The translations under genes were made by a program, and so were the position numbers. A DNA stretch of 35,306 nt from Thelocarpon superellum (Eukaryota), in assembly GCA_026025795.1 (NCBI GenBank), contig JAPEUG010000160.1, positions 1 through 35,306 on the forward strand, in the 5' to 3' direction. Below the pieces are notes generated by a model. The model was not told where the DNA came from and made no database searches. It worked only from the letters and a program-made list of their open reading frames with translations. Position 1 is the stretch's first letter, and each line of letters opens with the position of its first letter. Of the stretch, positions 32,717 through 35,306 are shown piece after piece.

Positions 32717-34427
32717 CTAGGTCCGTCTCTTGCTGATGTTCAAGAAAATGTTCTTCTGCGTGAAGATGCCCGGGTTCTCGCTGCAGATCGGTCGCGAAAC
32801 TGGATCGGCCAAGGCGATGTCGAATCGTCGAAGAAGCTACGAGGTCTGCGTCAGCATCAATTTCGTTGAGGTGGTGACACGCTTTGGTCTGTGAGTGGGT
32901 GCGGATGCTTCACCTCGGCGAAGATCTTGTTCAATTCCATCAAGGCCACGGGTTTTCCGAGGCATGTGTATCGTCGCGACGAAAAAATCAGACTGTGCGT
33001 CTTGAGCATGTATTTCAGCTGGTCCTCGTCCGCTTCCAGCCACCGCTCGGGCCGGAAGATGTCTGCGTCCGCGCCGTACACGTCCTTTCGACGTTGGACG
33101 CCTCACGTGGAAAACCCGATTTCTGTGCCCGGGGGGAGGAACTTGCCGTGGATGTTGTCATCCTCAGAACCAACCTGCTTCTCGAGCGTGCCGGCCACGG
33201 GCGGGAAGATGCGCATCCCCTCGCGGATGCAGGCTTGGAGATCGGGCAGCTCGCGTGCTTCCGCGGCGCGAATGACGGGCGAAGACATCCGTCCATCCGC
33301 CACGGCGGCCGAGATCTCGGCTTGAAGCTTACAATAGACCCGCGGGTGGGCAATGAGGTAGACGAGCGTCGACCGGATCGCCGTGGCGGTGGTATCGGAG
33401 CCGGCGACGATCTGAAGGACTGTCTCGGACTCGGCATCGGTCTGCGTGAGCCCGTGTCGGAGGAAATATCGCAGCATGTCCTCCTTGGCCTTCTTGTCCC
33501 GACCGAATCGCTCAGACACCACTTCCTTGGCCACGCCGATCATCTTGCTGAATCCTCGTCTGTCCTCGGACGAGGGCGCGATCAGTTTGATGTCAGAAAG
33601 CGTATCGTCCACGGGAGTTAGGCCAACAACATGATCCCCGGAAAATTCTCCTGCGTCGTCCGGATAGAGTCATGGATGTCTTTGTGTTTTGGTCAGACAT
33701 CCGAACGGTCGGCCAAAGGCAATATCCGTGATAACATCGAGAGTGAAAGATTGAACCGCGCGGGCAAAGTCGAGCGTGTGAGGAACATACGCCCGCTCGA
33801 TCAAAGTCATAAATCCAGCAGGCTTGCGTCGATATTGTCTTCAGATGCGGATTCTCCTTTCCAGCATACTGTCGAATGCTTAGTGATTGACCCCGACCCG
33901 TATCTGAGACGCGTTCGACTTACTCCCGATGCCATCTTCGTCCGCAGTTCATTGTCCCGGGTCTCAAGTCGTTCGCGGAGAACATTCTCCAGAGCCGGGT
34001 TGACTCTCATGCCCTCATACCAACCCGCACGGGTGTACGTGGACCGGACGGCCAAGTTTCGGCGCATCACCTCCGGGTCATCCGTGACGAGATTATTCGG
34101 GCCAATTCGAGCCAATCCGCCTGAGGCTGGGTCAGCGCCGGGACGACTCTCTCATGATTCATTGGTGCATATCGTTTACACGACAGGCTCGCATCAGGCG
34201 GAGATTCATCTCGCCGGATAGGCTCGCTTCCACCACCCATACCATGGACCAATGAGCCGACTACGGCCCTCCAATGTGCCTCAGACGTAGGAAGGAACGA
34301 AACCGGTGGACCAGCACAAACAGGACCGCAGTCCCACTGGAGAGCCAGGCCCGGGAGGGCCACGATGAGGCTGAAGCAGCGTCATAAGGCTGGGGCCCGT
34401 CGTAGCCACGAGGTCGACGCTTTACAT
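32717..34427 (-). pseudogene. Cytochrome P450 pseudogene (pisatin-demethylase-like)
   Basis: P450 motifs run in order: ARIGPN, FTLDVITDIAFG, AGSDTTA, EGMR, FRPERW, and a degenerate heme motif FSSRRYTCLG. Stops occur at 34424-34422, 34263-34261, 33620-33618 and 33105-33103. There are at least four frameshifts (near 33843, 33810, 33688 and 33590). The intron 1 donor reads ATATGC at 34172; the other introns are 33923-33869 and 32913-32837. Confidence 0.9.
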
Positions 34428-35306
34428 TGCCGAACTGAATACGCAGTGGGGCGCAGCGGTCGAAAGTGGCGGACGGACATTATTGCGAGTCGCCCTACCA
34501 GTACGGGACTCTCCACGATACGAGACCGGACCCCTGTGGTTGGCGGACAAGTAGGGTCTGAAGCCCAGAAGCCGCTCATGGCCCTCTACGGTTAATGGAG
34601 CGAGGGGAGCCAGGCAAGACTGCGGCCGAACCACGGGACCCCAAGGACGCGAGACCTGACTTTCGGGGCGCCGGCAACCGGCGTTATTCGACACGGCTCA
34701 TGGCTGACGGAACTCTCGAGAGCGCCACTTCGCTTGCCCGGTCGCTAGCCCCAGCCGTCCGGCGGCCGAGTTTGCTGGAGACGAATGGAAGATCGACGAG
34801 CATGAAAGGAACAGTCCTATGACAAGTGTGTCCGCAGTTAGCGCTCACCGGCGCCGTGCAGATCATGAAAGCTGCGTGGCAGTCGCCTTGTTACGTTGCC
34901 AACCGTGTTGCGAAGTCAGGGTTGAATGTGGAGCATGACAGACATCTTGACGTGGTGATGGTCAAAGAGACGATCGACGGTCCCCGTGTGCTTGGTAGGG
35001 TCGTCGCGTTTATCGAGGGGGCCGTCCCTTTCTGGCATCCCGTTGGATGCCCCCCACACTAGGCGGGGCCTTTGTATGGACGAGGTAACTGCCGGCTCAA
35101 GAATCTCCAATTTGAGGCTTGGGTCTGGAGCCCAACCACCTTCACATTTCGTCGCACAAGCTGGCCCGATTCGTTCGTCCCGATAGCGTGCACTTCCCAC
35201 TTCAAGACGATCTTGCACGCATTTTGGGCACCTCCTCGATCAATCTCAATGCCTACTTGCGCTCGCCATCATAGAGCCAGAAGCCAGCGTGGGAACCAGC
35301 TCAGGT

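Noticed and set aside
852..33621. Many long antisense or alternative-frame ORFs (e.g. 7813-8742, 17140-18348, 21034-21930, 23022-24092, 32884-33621)
   Set aside because: They overlap well-supported genes, show no recognisable motifs, and are expected shadows of GC-rich codon usage.
34595..35306. Short ORFs at the right edge, including 34916-35218
   Set aside because: There are stops in all frames and no recognisable family. A gene end from the next window cannot be excluded, but it cannot be supported.

Overview
This is a GC-rich, gene-dense window from a filamentous ascomycete (Pezizomycotina; inferred from gene content and short GT-AG introns with CTRAC branch sites). I spliced 15 intact genes by hand, and all give continuous reading frames: an intracellular LysM protein, a DUF7702-like membrane protein, MCD4, ATP19, MTP18/MTFP1, STR3/metC, a small secreted cysteine protein, an alpha/beta hydrolase, a CYP7/8-like P450, MSP1, CSM1, VPS36, THP3 and BEM1 account for 14 of them, and a probable spliced 5' end runs off the left edge (incomplete, so not a full gene). 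There are also two pseudogenes: a Zn2Cys6-type transcription factor remnant and a pisatin-demethylase-like P450. I saw no tRNA, rRNA, CRISPR array or recognisable transposon. The main points of interest are (1) a GC-AG first intron in BEM1 whose retention gives a 24-codon uORF with its stop overlapping an in-frame restart codon (TGATG); (2) an accessory block between STR3 and MSP1 holding an effector-like secreted protein missed by the ORF track, a helically phased E-box array, a hydrolase and an atypical P450; and (3) a G-quadruplex-type repeat directly after the ATP19 stop. Family names come from motif recognition only; no searches were run, and I cannot establish a new biological system from this sequence alone.
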